Positions 38,094 through 47,251 of a DNA stretch of 64,000 bases are shown here, piece after piece. Under the pieces are notes generated by a model that saw nothing but the letters and a program-made list of their open reading frames with translations, had not been told where the DNA came from and searched no databases. Location of the stretch: positions 14,266 to 78,265 of the IMG/VR virus record IMGVR_UViG_3300037743_000134. One strand, 5' to 3'. The translations under genes were made by a program, and so were the position numbers. This DNA is from a virus. Its lineage: Duplodnaviria; Caudoviricetes. How positions within the stretch are numbered: the first letter of the stretch is position 1; each line of letters opens with the position of its first letter.

Positions 38094-39709
38094 ACAACCG
38101 CACGCTGATCAACGCGGCCGACGCAACGACGAACTGGACGAACGTTGCCGGCGTGGCGGCGGGCGTGCTCGACGTCGACACGTTCACGCAGGGCACCGGA
38201 TCTATCACGTTCAATCTTACGAGCGCTATCGAGGGACTGCTATACAACATCGGCTCCACGGTCGACCTCACGGGTCAGCACATCTATGTGTGGTTCAACT
38301 GCGCAATCGCTGGCAAGCTGGACACTCAGGCTGGCGGAGGCGTGCGTGTGCGATTCGCCGGGCCCACCGCCACGAACTTTTTCGAGGTGTTCGTCGCGGG
38401 CTCGGACACGTACACGGGCGGGTGGAAAATGTTCGTGGTCGACGTCGACGCGGCGGCGGCTGCGCCGGACGCCACGGGCGGCACGCCGCCTGCCAAGACC
38501 GCGATTCAGCGTGTCGGGGTTGTCGGCGATACAGCCGGTTTCATGTCGAAAAAGGCCGACAACTTCTGGGTAGACGCGATCTGGCGTCTGCCCGCGAGCA
38601 CGCCCGGAATTCGCGTCGAGGGTCGCAACACGGGCCCGGTGGACTGGACTTGGTCGGACATCCTCGCCGCGTCCGTAGCGGGAGGCTGGGGGACATGTGT
38701 GCCAGGTCCCGGCGGATCGTTCGTCGTCAACACGCCGATCCGGTTCGGCGCAAACGACGCGGTCGCGCACGGCTTCGACGACGCCAACGTCATCGTACTG
38801 TGGGACAACCAGCCCGTAGCGGCAACGCTATACGGATTCGAAATCGTCGGCGGCAGCAGCACTCAGTCATTCCGCGCGGGCGTCAAAACGGGCACGGGCG
38901 ACGACGCAACGGGCGGGCAGGGTTGGGTTATCGCGGCAGACGCGGACGGCGCGCGCTGGTACCTCGACGCAGACGATGCCAACATCGACGCCTGCCAGCT
39001 CTACGGCTGCGTTTTTCAGCACGGCGCCGCATTCGAGCTCGACAAATCATCCAATGAAACCATCTCGTGCCAGTTCGTCGACTGCTCAAGCGCGCGCGTC
39101 GACAACTCGCTCTTTCTCCGCTGCAACGTCATCGACGCCAGCACAACGGACGGGAATCCGTTTCTCACGACGGACGACCTGGGCGACGTACGGTTTTGCT
39201 CGTTTGAATTCAGCGACGGACACGCTGTGCTGCTGACAACGCCGCTCGTCACGCCGCAGACCAGCAAGGGCAATCTCTTCACCGGCTACGGCGGCACGCC
39301 CGGATCCAACGGCACACCGTCGAGTGGCTCCAACGACGCGGCAATCCACAACAACGCCAGCGGCGCGATCACGATCAACGTCACAACCGGCGGCAGCACG
39401 CCATCGGTGCGTAACGGCGCGAGTTCCACAACCGTCGTCAATAGCAACGTTGCGGTCACCGTCACGCCGCTTGCTACGGGCTCAGAGGTCCGCGTGTATC
39501 TGACGGGTACGAGCACCGAGGTGGACGGCATCGAGAGCAGCACAGGATCATCGTTCACGTTCAGCGTGGGATCGGGCGTCGCTGTGGACGTCATCGTGCT
39601 CAACTACAGCCCCCCAAAGATCCCCGTGCGCATTCAAAATGTGAGCTTCGCCGCGGACCAGAACCTCAATCCATTTCAGCGCAACGACGTGAACTTCGTG
39701 AACCCGTGA
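38081..39709 (+). CDS. Large structural protein, probable beta-helix region
   Basis: 542 aa; LYGCVFQH, ISCQFVDC, VRFCSFE parallel-beta pattern; ends DVNFVNP. Confidence 0.7.
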   Translation: MAILDNRTLINAADATTNWTNVAGVAAGVLDVDTFTQGTGSITFNLTSAIEGLLYNIGSTVDLTGQHIYVWFNCAIAGKLDTQAGGGVRVRFAGPTATNFFEVFVAGSDTYTGGWKMFVVDVDAAAAAPDATGGTPPAKTAIQRVGVVGDTAGFMSKKADNFWVDAIWRLPASTPGIRVEGRNTGPVDWTWSDILAASVAGGWGTCVPGPGGSFVVNTPIRFGANDAVAHGFDDANVIVLWDNQPVAATLYGFEIVGGSSTQSFRAGVKTGTGDDATGGQGWVIAADADGARWYLDADDANIDACQLYGCVFQHGAAFELDKSSNETISCQFVDCSSARVDNSLFLRCNVIDASTTDGNPFLTTDDLGDVRFCSFEFSDGHAVLLTTPLVTPQTSKGNLFTGYGGTPGSNGTPSSGSNDAAIHNNASGAITINVTTGGSTPSVRNGASSTTVVNSNVAVTVTPLATGSEVRVYLTGTSTEVDGIESSTGSSFTFSVGSGVAVDVIVLNYSPPKIPVRIQNVSFAADQNLNPFQRNDVNFVNP

Positions 39710-39712
39710 CCC

Positions 39713-41329
39713 ATGGCCGACGTCGTCACATTCGATCCGGATAACCTCCGCATCATCGAGATCAGCGCGGGCGGCGATAACGAGCTCAGCGTCGTCGAGA
39801 TATATAGCGAATGGAAGGACTGGTTGCTCGCAGATCCCGCACGCCTCGCCTATCCGCAGGCCATGCGCTACGTGGGCGGCGACGCGATCAGTCCCACACA
39901 AGACCTCGGCTCGACGTTCTTCCTGCTGAACGGCTGGCGCATCCGACCCGCGGAACTCACACACAAGCTGACGCTCGTTGGGAATCTGTTCACCGATCCG
40001 GCGGGTGAGAGCGTGTTCGTTCCGACACTCGCCGCGTTCAACGTCAACACGGAGACGCGCGTTTCCAATCTCGTGGACGCGGTCCTCGTCAATTCGGCTG
40101 AGATCCAGTTCGCCAGTTTTGAAAACACAGTTGCGGTCGACGTAACGTCCGTGTTCTCTGGCGCGAGCTACCCCAATGGAACGCGCCGGCAACCCGTCAA
40201 CAACATGACCGACGCGCTCGCGATCGCCCAGGCGCGCGGGATCGGGTCGTTTCTGATCCTATCGAGCATGACGCTGACAGGTGTCGACGTCTCCGAGATG
40301 GTGCTCGACGGTCTCAACCATGGTGTGACGCTTACCGTGGATGCATCGGCGGACGTCCAGAATTGCGGGTTCAACAATCTTACGCTTCAGGGCACGTTCG
40401 ACGGCGCAACGCACGTGCGGGACTGCTTCGTTATGGATGTGGACATCATCCATGGGCATTTGACGCGGTGCTCGTTGATGGGCGCAATAGCTCTGAGCGG
40501 CACCGGCGATCTGCTCATCGACAATTGCATCGACGGCATGCCAGGGCTCGGCGTTCCGTCCGTGGACTGTGGCGGCGCGGGTAGCTCACTGAATATACGC
40601 GGCTACCATGGAGGCATCGCGCTCACGAATAAGACCGGGGCAGAGGATTTCTCAATCGACTTGGTAGGGCGCGTACTTCTCGATGCCACGATAACGGGCG
40701 GCTCGATCATCATTCGCGGCATCGGCCACATCGAGCTCAACAGCGCAACCGCTACGATAATCGATTCGGACCTCGTCAACCCGGCGCTCGTTGCGGCGGA
40801 GACCGACACTGTACTGACGACCGCGCACGGCACCGGCTCGTGGCAGAGCGGCGCGGGCGGACTCACGGTGCAAGACATCGTCGACGGCGTCCTCGATGAG
40901 CCGACGGCGTCGCATCTGGCAGCCGGCAGCGTCGGCGAAAACGTCAACCGTCTCGATGCTGCGGTTACCTCGCGCAGCTCACATACAGCCAACAACGTGC
41001 GCGACTCAATCCTGAGCGACTCGACACCGTTTCAGGGTGCGCGTATCGACGCCGCCGTCAGCTCGCGAGCGGCGCCCGGTGCCGAGATGGCGTTGACATC
41101 GACGGCCGTTGCCGGTGCCGTGCTTGCGATTTGGGCGCGCGTGATATCTGGCACCACGACCGTCGAGCAAGCGATTGACGAGCTGCACAAGCTGCGTGGG
41201 CTTGATCCTGATAACCCGCTGCTCGTCGACAAAACGAATCAGCGCATGCGCGTTCCATACGACGGCTCGATTATCGACATTCAGGGCACGCCCGATGGCG
41301 ACGACGAAACGTTCCAGCGTCTGACCTAG
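39713..41329 (+). CDS. Large structural protein, probable beta-helix region
   Basis: 538 aa; N-terminal IYSEWKDW...FFLLNGWRIRP. Confidence 0.7.
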   Translation: MADVVTFDPDNLRIIEISAGGDNELSVVEIYSEWKDWLLADPARLAYPQAMRYVGGDAISPTQDLGSTFFLLNGWRIRPAELTHKLTLVGNLFTDPAGESVFVPTLAAFNVNTETRVSNLVDAVLVNSAEIQFASFENTVAVDVTSVFSGASYPNGTRRQPVNNMTDALAIAQARGIGSFLILSSMTLTGVDVSEMVLDGLNHGVTLTVDASADVQNCGFNNLTLQGTFDGATHVRDCFVMDVDIIHGHLTRCSLMGAIALSGTGDLLIDNCIDGMPGLGVPSVDCGGAGSSLNIRGYHGGIALTNKTGAEDFSIDLVGRVLLDATITGGSIIIRGIGHIELNSATATIIDSDLVNPALVAAETDTVLTTAHGTGSWQSGAGGLTVQDIVDGVLDEPTASHLAAGSVGENVNRLDAAVTSRSSHTANNVRDSILSDSTPFQGARIDAAVSSRAAPGAEMALTSTAVAGAVLAIWARVISGTTTVEQAIDELHKLRGLDPDNPLLVDKTNQRMRVPYDGSIIDIQGTPDGDDETFQRLT

Positions 41330-41338
41330 CCGTAGCCC

Positions 41339-41659
41339 ATGGCATTCACGATTGGCAGTGCTGGATTGCTCGGCGTTTCGCCGTTCACGACTTTCACGGA
41401 CGGTTACCTACTCGGCGACGCGGATCTGGTCGACGACGTTCCGTTTCTCGACTTCCCGGCTGTCTCAGTCTCCGCACTCGCCAGCATGGCGGCGTCCAGC
41501 ACGGCAACTGCAACGGCTGGCAGCGTGCTCTCGCCAGAGGCAACCGCGGCAGGCGTGACCGTCGCACCCGCCACGATCGCCGCAAGCACACTCAAGCCTA
41601 GCGCTGCGTCAGCGTCCGCTGCCGTTCGCACTGCGTCCGCCACAAGCAAGCTCATCTAA
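41339..41659 (+). CDS. Ala/Ser/Thr-rich hypothetical protein
   Basis: 106-aa ORF coupled to next gene (TAATG). Confidence 0.55.
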   Translation: MAFTIGSAGLLGVSPFTTFTDGYLLGDADLVDDVPFLDFPAVSVSALASMAASSTATATAGSVLSPEATAAGVTVAPATIAASTLKPSAASASAAVRTASATSKLI

Positions 41660-42696
41660 TGGCCGTCTACCAAATCTTTCGCGGCGACACGCGCCGACTC
41701 AATCACGCCGTTACGCGACGTGACGAGGACGGTGTCGCGCAGGCTGAGAATTTGGCCGGCGCGTCGCTGCTGTTTACGGCCAAACGGAACAAGTCGGACA
41801 CATACGCGCAGGCGATCATCAAGAAAACGACGGCCGTTGACGAAGGAATCACGATCACCGACAGCGCAGGCGGCCTTGCGCAGACGTTGATCCTGCCCGA
41901 GGACACGGTCGGGCTGACCGCACGCACCGTGCTTTTCTACGACCTCGAATTGCAGACGGCACTCAATGAGGTTGAGACGGTCGAGTACGGAACGATCATC
42001 GTCGAGCTTGATATCACCGACTCGACCAGCCCCGTCGGCCCACCCGCCGCGCCGCCCGATCCGATAACGCCTGGCGTGTTCCTGCAGCACGATGGGACGT
42101 CGCAAGTCTGGAGCACGTGGACGCTACCCGAGGTCGCGCCGCTTGTCGGCGACATCAACAAGGTGCTCACCGTTACCGCTGCAGGCGTGGTGACGGCGCA
42201 GTCGCCGGCAGCCCAGCTCACCGCCCCCGCAAACCCCGCCGACGACGACAAATACGCGATCGCGTCCGGCGGCGACCTGGTCTACCTGGCCAAACAGGCG
42301 CCGCTAATAATCTCATTCGGCGCGGTCGGCGTGATCAACGGCACGGGGTACATGTTTCCCGGCGGCGCCGATAGCGTCTCGGTGCAGCAGAGTGCGACGA
42401 GCACGCAGGAGTACCCGATGCCATTCGCCGGCACGGTGCTCGGGTTTTACGTGATCCACAACACGCCCGCCGGCTCGAGCAGCGTCGTCTATACCGCCGA
42501 GCTCGATCAGATCGCGCAGGCCATGACGGCAACGCTGGCGAGCAACTCTGCTGGGCCCACCGCCGGGACGACGTTTTCGAATCCATTTGCATTCACGGCG
42601 GGACAGCGCGTTCGTGTCTCGGCGCAGACGACGGCGAACGTGACGAATCGTCCATTCGTTGCGCTTGCCGTGCGCGTTGCGTTGGTGAATCCGTAG
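41659..42696 (+). CDS. BppU-like N-terminal domain baseplate/fibre protein
   Basis: IFRGDT, NLAGASLLFTAK, ILPEDT, FYDLEL. Confidence 0.7.
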   Translation: MAVYQIFRGDTRRLNHAVTRRDEDGVAQAENLAGASLLFTAKRNKSDTYAQAIIKKTTAVDEGITITDSAGGLAQTLILPEDTVGLTARTVLFYDLELQTALNEVETVEYGTIIVELDITDSTSPVGPPAAPPDPITPGVFLQHDGTSQVWSTWTLPEVAPLVGDINKVLTVTAAGVVTAQSPAAQLTAPANPADDDKYAIASGGDLVYLAKQAPLIISFGAVGVINGTGYMFPGGADSVSVQQSATSTQEYPMPFAGTVLGFYVIHNTPAGSSSVVYTAELDQIAQAMTATLASNSAGPTAGTTFSNPFAFTAGQRVRVSAQTTANVTNRPFVALAVRVALVNP

Positions 42697-42776
42697 CTGA
42701 GCCCGCACTGGATCGTGGCGTAGTGCCGGTAATCCCCTTGCCTCGGCGCAACGCCACGACCTTGTGCGGGCTGCAG
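42697..42776 (+). ncRNA. Long rod-like RNA hairpin in the leader of the holin-like gene
   Basis: Three stacked stems: 42700-08/42764-72, 42713-21/42751-59, 42723-29/42743-49. Confidence 0.5.
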
Positions 42777-42794
42777 AGCTTTGGAGATCAAATC

Positions 42795-43112
42795 ATGTTG
42801 TCGAAGATCTGGGAACGAATAACCAACGAGCCTGCTCTTATCCTCGGCGCTGTACAGGCTGCACTCACGCTCGCTGTCGTTTTCGGGATGAGACTTTCGG
42901 AATCGCAGATCGCAGCCGTGCTCACGTTCTCGGGTGCATTGCTTGCCTTGTTGACGCGGCAGTTAGTCGTGCCCGTTGGCAGGTCTGACGCGCTCGCCGC
43001 CGTTGCGCTCGAGACCGGTCGACGGATGGGACACTCGGAACGGCCGCCGATGCTGCCGTCTGCGCCCGTCGTCGACGACAAGCCGCCACCGCCGCCGCAG
43101 GCAGCAGAGTAG
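42795..43112 (+). CDS. Holin-like membrane protein
   Basis: GGAG RBS; EPALILGAVQAALTLAVVFG...QIAAVL, two TM segments; first gene after tail block. Confidence 0.65.
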   Translation: MLSKIWERITNEPALILGAVQAALTLAVVFGMRLSESQIAAVLTFSGALLALLTRQLVVPVGRSDALAAVALETGRRMGHSERPPMLPSAPVVDDKPPPPPQAAE

Positions 43113-43120
43113 GAGCAACC

Positions 43121-43525
43121 ATGTTGCGTAGAATCGCAGACGCTATCCGGCGTTTTCTCGCTCCCGGCTGGGGACCACCGGAACAACACGTATTCGTCGT
43201 GGTACTGACGCTCGTCGCGTTCGGTGGCACAGCCTGCTCCGGCAGCCTCGAGACCGCCCGCGCCCAGCCCAAGCTCGGCGCGTCGCCGGCAACGGCAGAG
43301 AGATGCGAGGAGCTCGATGACCGCAGGACGCTGTACGGCGGAGCCGCAAAGGCATTCGGCGTGCTCGGCGGAGGGGCCGGCTTGGCCACTGTCGCCACGG
43401 ATGACGAGAGCCTACAGACCGGCCTGGCCATCGGCGCGGCTGCCAGCGCGGCGCTTGCCGTTGGGGCGCTGTACGTCGCCGAGGGTAGCGGAGAATCTTG
43501 GGCGAGAGAGTGCGCGGCGCGGTGA
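43121..43525 (+). CDS. Putative lipoprotein with C-terminal hydrophobic helices (u-spanin candidate)
   Basis: AGGAG RBS; VFVVVLTLVAFGGTAC; two Gly/Ala-rich hydrophobic segments. Confidence 0.55.
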   Translation: MLRRIADAIRRFLAPGWGPPEQHVFVVVLTLVAFGGTACSGSLETARAQPKLGASPATAERCEELDDRRTLYGGAAKAFGVLGGGAGLATVATDDESLQTGLAIGAAASAALAVGALYVAEGSGESWARECAAR

Positions 43526-44280
43526 GCCTCGTAAACCGCCTCCTGCGGCGTCCGGGACTCGGGTGCCTCCCTGACCCAGCGGACCCTCGCGATCGCCCTC
43601 TAGACGCGCTCCTGGGCGCCCTGGCGAGCTCCGCGCCCCCGTCAAGCGCGAGCGTCCGGAGCCCGTTCGTGGGACCGAAGAATCAGGGCCCTACTTCGTC
43701 TTGTACGGGAATGGCCTGGGCGCAGGCAGTCCGCACGACGTTGCTCCGTCGCGGCGTCGGGTGCCCGGAGCTGAGCGCGCTGTTCAGTTACTACGCCGGC
43801 CGCGCTGAGTGGGGCGGGCAGCGCAAGGACTCCGGCAGTCACCTACGTAGCGCCGCTAAGGCGATGATGCGTTTCGGCTGCGCATCCGAGGCTGCCTGGC
43901 CGTTCGACTCGCTGCGGGTCAACAAACAACCGACGTTTTCCGCGTTTCGCAGCGCCCACGATCTGCGCGGCTTGCGGGCGTATGCACGTATCGCGGATGG
44001 TGACGTCGATGGCGTGCGGCGTGCAATCGCGGCTGGGCATGCGGTTACTGCTGGCTGGAAGATAGACAGAGCATTCCAGCTTCACGACGGCAAAGGTGTG
44101 CTCGATGTTCCGCGCGGGCCGATCATCGGAGCTCATGCCTGGGTTTTGGAAGACTACGCGTCGGATGGAACGTTTGGTCTGATCAATTCGTGGTCGGAGC
44201 GATGGGCGAACGCTGGACGGGCACGAATGACGGAAGCATTCGTGGCACAGGCGCGGGACATGTGGACATGCGCGGCTTAA
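43522..44280 (+). CDS. Papain-like cysteine peptidase (C1A)
   Basis: NQGPTSSCTG (Q, C), GAHAWV (H), INSWSERW (N). Confidence 0.88.
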   Translation: MSLVNRLLRRPGLGCLPDPADPRDRPLDALLGALASSAPPSSASVRSPFVGPKNQGPTSSCTGMAWAQAVRTTLLRRGVGCPELSALFSYYAGRAEWGGQRKDSGSHLRSAAKAMMRFGCASEAAWPFDSLRVNKQPTFSAFRSAHDLRGLRAYARIADGDVDGVRRAIAAGHAVTAGWKIDRAFQLHDGKGVLDVPRGPIIGAHAWVLEDYASDGTFGLINSWSERWANAGRARMTEAFVAQARDMWTCAA

Positions 44281-44888
44281 CGAACATGGCGCCAGTTTCT
44301 CCGAAGGAGAATGAGGCTGATCGCGGACCTGCTGACTCCAAACCTCATAGCGAGATCGATTCCGCTCACTGTTGCGGCCAAATCTCGAATGAGGCTGACA
44401 TCCTCCACGGTGAGTTTCGCATTAAAATTGCGCTCGCCACGCACGCCTCGCGAGCGCCCTTTGCGTGCAGCGTCACGGTTGTTGTCGACGGCTGTACCAA
44501 GGAAAAGGTGCTCGGGATTCACGCACGGCGGATTGTCACAACTGTGAAGCACCCACATGCCAGGTGGGACAGCGCCGAATGCCAGCTGCCAACTAAACCG
44601 GTGTGCGCGATGCTCCCTACCGGACTTGCCGTAACCATCCTTGTCTCGACTCCCAGTCCAGAGCCAACAGTCACCGGTCTTGTCCACTTTTGCCCAGAAG
44701 CGAGGGCCATTGAGCTTGTGGATACACGGTCGCGAACAAAAGCTCCCGCGGCCGTATCGCAGCTCACGGGGCGCCACCCAAAACTCTGCTTCGCATCCTT
44801 GGCAAATGCGCCGTATCTTCGTCGTGCTCATGGGACTCATCCTCCTGTGGGCCACGTGCCCGGTCGTGTAGCAGCGACGCGGGCACAC
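44277..44888 (-). CDS. HNH endonuclease (HNH_3 type) with zinc finger and C-terminal HTH
   Basis: CWLWTG, AHRFSW, VLHSCDNPPCVNPEHLFLGT, NAKLT; true start may be an internal ATG. Confidence 0.88.
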   Translation of the reverse strand: MCPRRCYTTGHVAHRRMSPMSTTKIRRICQGCEAEFWVAPRELRYGRGSFCSRPCIHKLNGPRFWAKVDKTGDCWLWTGSRDKDGYGKSGREHRAHRFSWQLAFGAVPPGMWVLHSCDNPPCVNPEHLFLGTAVDNNRDAARKGRSRGVRGERNFNAKLTVEDVSLIRDLAATVSGIDLAMRFGVSRSAISLILLRRNWRHVR

Positions 44889-44892
44889 TCAC

Positions 44893-44901
44893 TTTATAGC
44901 A
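44893..44901 (-). promoter_or_regulatory. Extended -10-like TGcTATAAA upstream of HNH gene
   Basis: Minus-strand reading of TTTATAGCA. Confidence 0.4.
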
Positions 44902-44911
44902 CAGAGGGCAC

Positions 44912-45187
44912 ATGCTCGGAGTTCTGATTGCGTGTCTGTTGCTCTGCTCGTGCGACTTTCGTGAGCCCGTCGGACCGCAGCCCAACCCCTCGGCGTGTGC
45001 CGACGCATGCGCGACGCTTGCTCGCCTCGGATGCGAATCGGCTAAGCCAACGGACGCTGGCGCGGACTGTGTCTCTCGGTGCCGTAACATCGAGCTGAGC
45101 GGGACGATCACAAGCTGTCCCGCGCAAGTGGCGCGTGCGGAAACGTGTGAAGAGGCAGATTTCGCGAGCTCGTGCGAGGCGCCATGA
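44912..45187 (+). CDS. Cys-rich lipoprotein (o-spanin candidate)
   Basis: MLGVLIACLLLCSC lipobox; multiple Cys. Confidence 0.65.
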   Translation: MLGVLIACLLLCSCDFREPVGPQPNPSACADACATLARLGCESAKPTDAGADCVSRCRNIELSGTITSCPAQVARAETCEEADFASSCEAP

Positions 45188-45273
45188 TGTTCATCTTCTG
45201 GGTCTCGCTGAGCATCGTGATCGCCGTGTACGCGTACGTCTTCTGGCCGATGCTCTTCGGGAAACGACGATGA
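45184..45273 (+). CDS. 29-aa single-TM peptide
   Basis: MMFIFWVSLSIVIAVYAYVFWPMLFGKRR, ATGA-coupled on both sides. Confidence 0.55.
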   Translation: MMFIFWVSLSIVIAVYAYVFWPMLFGKRR

Positions 45274-45371
45274 CCGAGGACCCCACGTGGGCGGAGTTCT
45301 TCCGCTCGCTGCTCGAAACCCTGTTAGCGCTCGCGATCGTGGCGCTGTTTTTCGGACCGGTGATGCGATGA
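45270..45371 (+). CDS. 33-aa single-TM peptide
   Basis: MTEDPTWAEFFRSLLETLLALAIVALFFGPVMR, ATGA-coupled. Confidence 0.55.
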   Translation: MTEDPTWAEFFRSLLETLLALAIVALFFGPVMR

Positions 45372-45568
45372 CTGCTCAGCTTGCCCAGCGTGCCGTCCTG
45401 GCGTTGCTCCGCACGTTGCTCGAGGCAGTGCCGTCGAGTGAGCGCTCGGCGTTGCTCATGGATCTCTCGAGCGCATGCCTAGCTTTGCTGAAAGAGCATC
45501 AGTCTCCCAGTGGACTTTTTCGGATGGACCTTCCGCCACCGGATGACTCGGAGAAAAACGGCCAATGA
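45368..45568 (+). CDS. Small hypothetical protein
   Basis: ATGA-coupled at both ends. Confidence 0.55.
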   Translation: MTAQLAQRAVLALLRTLLEAVPSSERSALLMDLSSACLALLKEHQSPSGLFRMDLPPPDDSEKNGQ

Positions 45569-46368
45569 TCGGGCAATGGGTCCCCGCAGTCCGCACGCCT
45601 GCCGCACCGTTCGACGTGGCGCGCGCGTACGGCAGAGTACTGACCGACATCCTGGGCAAGGTACAGCCGATCACGATTGCGATCGTGCACGCCCATGGAG
45701 CTTTCGAGACCGGCAACTTCGCGTCATGTTGGTGCCACGGACCAGGCAACATCAAGGCCAGTGCCAAGTGGACCGGACTTTTTACAACGATCAAATTGAA
45801 CGAGTTGCTCGAACGCGACGGCAAGAAAGTCTACATCTGGTTCGACCCGGTTCTGGGCGAGCTCATCAGCAAGAACGGTCCAGCTCGCTATCCTGACAAG
45901 CCGCGCACGAACCCCGATGGTCACGAGCAATGCCGCATGCGCGCGTTTCTCACACTCGCAGATGGCATTCGTAACAAGATCGAGTTTCTTGCCAAGCCTC
46001 ACTGGCGTCCCGTGCTCGAATTCGCGATCAAGGGTGACCCGGCCGGTTACGTGCACGGTCTCGCGGAGCGCACTTACTTTACTGCTCGAGAGGCACCCTA
46101 TGCTCGCGGAGTCATCTCGTTGACAAAAAGCCTGTTGCCGATCGCGACGAAGGCCGCCATGGAACCCGAGCCTCTCCCGCCCGAAGAAGACGAGCAGCTT
46201 TGTCGAGACATGGCCGAGTGCCATCGCTTCGAGCTCCCGGAGTGGCTACGCAAGCGCGTCGCGCAGATCACTGCCCTGACCGCGTCCGAGATGTGGGACG
46301 CAGCCGCCGAAGACATTCGCAGGGGGCGCGATGCAGCTGTAAGGGGTGACGGAGACGACGACACGTGA
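45565..46368 (+). CDS. Endolysin candidate, GH73/glucosaminidase-like
   Basis: AHGAFETG, GNIKA..WTG, MRAF, YFTA...YA pattern resembling FlgJ/GH73. Confidence 0.6.
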   Translation: MIGQWVPAVRTPAAPFDVARAYGRVLTDILGKVQPITIAIVHAHGAFETGNFASCWCHGPGNIKASAKWTGLFTTIKLNELLERDGKKVYIWFDPVLGELISKNGPARYPDKPRTNPDGHEQCRMRAFLTLADGIRNKIEFLAKPHWRPVLEFAIKGDPAGYVHGLAERTYFTAREAPYARGVISLTKSLLPIATKAAMEPEPLPPEEDEQLCRDMAECHRFELPEWLRKRVAQITALTASEMWDAAAEDIRRGRDAAVRGDGDDDT

Positions 46369-46886
46369 CCGACGACGACAACAAGCGCGAGTCCGAGCCT
46401 GCGACGCTGCCGCCCGCGAGCTTGACCACGCCTAGTCCGGATATCGCGATCCGCGAGTCGGACCCAGACATGGTGCTGGCAAACGCGCCGCCGCACATCC
46501 AACTGACCGTGCGCGAATTGCGAGAGACTCGCGAGCTGATCAACAAGCGCGAGGCTGCGGCACTCGAGCGCGAGATAGCCGAGCAGAAGCGCGCCGATGT
46601 GCGCCACGACGATGCGCAGCAGTTGCAAAAAGAACTGCTTCAATTACCGATGCTAAAGATTGCATTGGGAAAGGTCGAACGCCTGCTCGAGCAGCTGCGC
46701 CGGGAACTCGTCACGACCCGAAAGGATATTGGTCATACGGTGGCGCGTATTGATCTGCTGGACGTGCGGATGGATGATCATCACCAGCGGATCGTGGCGA
46801 TCGAGGCACACGTGGGGGTAGCGCCGGGCCTGGCTGACGATGATTCGTCGACCGAGTCACCTGTGCCGCCGGAATCAGACCCATGA
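46365..46886 (+). CDS. Coiled-coil hypothetical protein
   Basis: GTGA-coupled, heptad pattern. Confidence 0.6.
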   Translation: MTDDDNKRESEPATLPPASLTTPSPDIAIRESDPDMVLANAPPHIQLTVRELRETRELINKREAAALEREIAEQKRADVRHDDAQQLQKELLQLPMLKIALGKVERLLEQLRRELVTTRKDIGHTVARIDLLDVRMDDHHQRIVAIEAHVGVAPGLADDDSSTESPVPPESDP

Positions 46887-47251
46887 GCTTCACCGGTCTC
46901 GACCGCATCATCGCCGGGCTCGAATGCGGCGACGCCACTGCCGTACAGGATGCGCTTGCCGTGTTGCATGTGCTGGCCAGAGTCGAGGTTGTCCCGGGTT
47001 TCGGCGTCGAGGAGTACTCGGAAGAACTCGAGCGGCTCACGCACAGCGTCCTCGCGTTTCAGTGCGCTTGTGCGCAGGCACAGTGTCGCCTCGCGCTGGA
47101 CCGGGCTCGTCACTATCGCGCTGAGCTCGAGCAGCTGCGCGAATCCAATCGCGATCTGCCGACATTGCCATCGCCGAGGGACGAGGCGCCGAACGAGCCG
47201 ACGATACCATCGCCTCCGCCGCCTGGGCCCGAGTCGGCCGATGGCGCCTGA
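46883..47251 (+). CDS. Hypothetical protein
   Basis: ATGA-coupled, helical, Pro-rich tail. Confidence 0.55.
   Translation: MSFTGLDRIIAGLECGDATAVQDALAVLHVLARVEVVPGFGVEEYSEELERLTHSVLAFQCACAQAQCRLALDRARHYRAELEQLRESNRDLPTLPSPRDEAPNEPTIPSPPPPGPESADGA

Noticed and set aside
30549-42696. Diversity-generating retroelement or invertible fibre cassette
   Set aside because: No reverse transcriptase, no TR/VR pair differing at adenines, no invertase or flanking inverted repeats seen.
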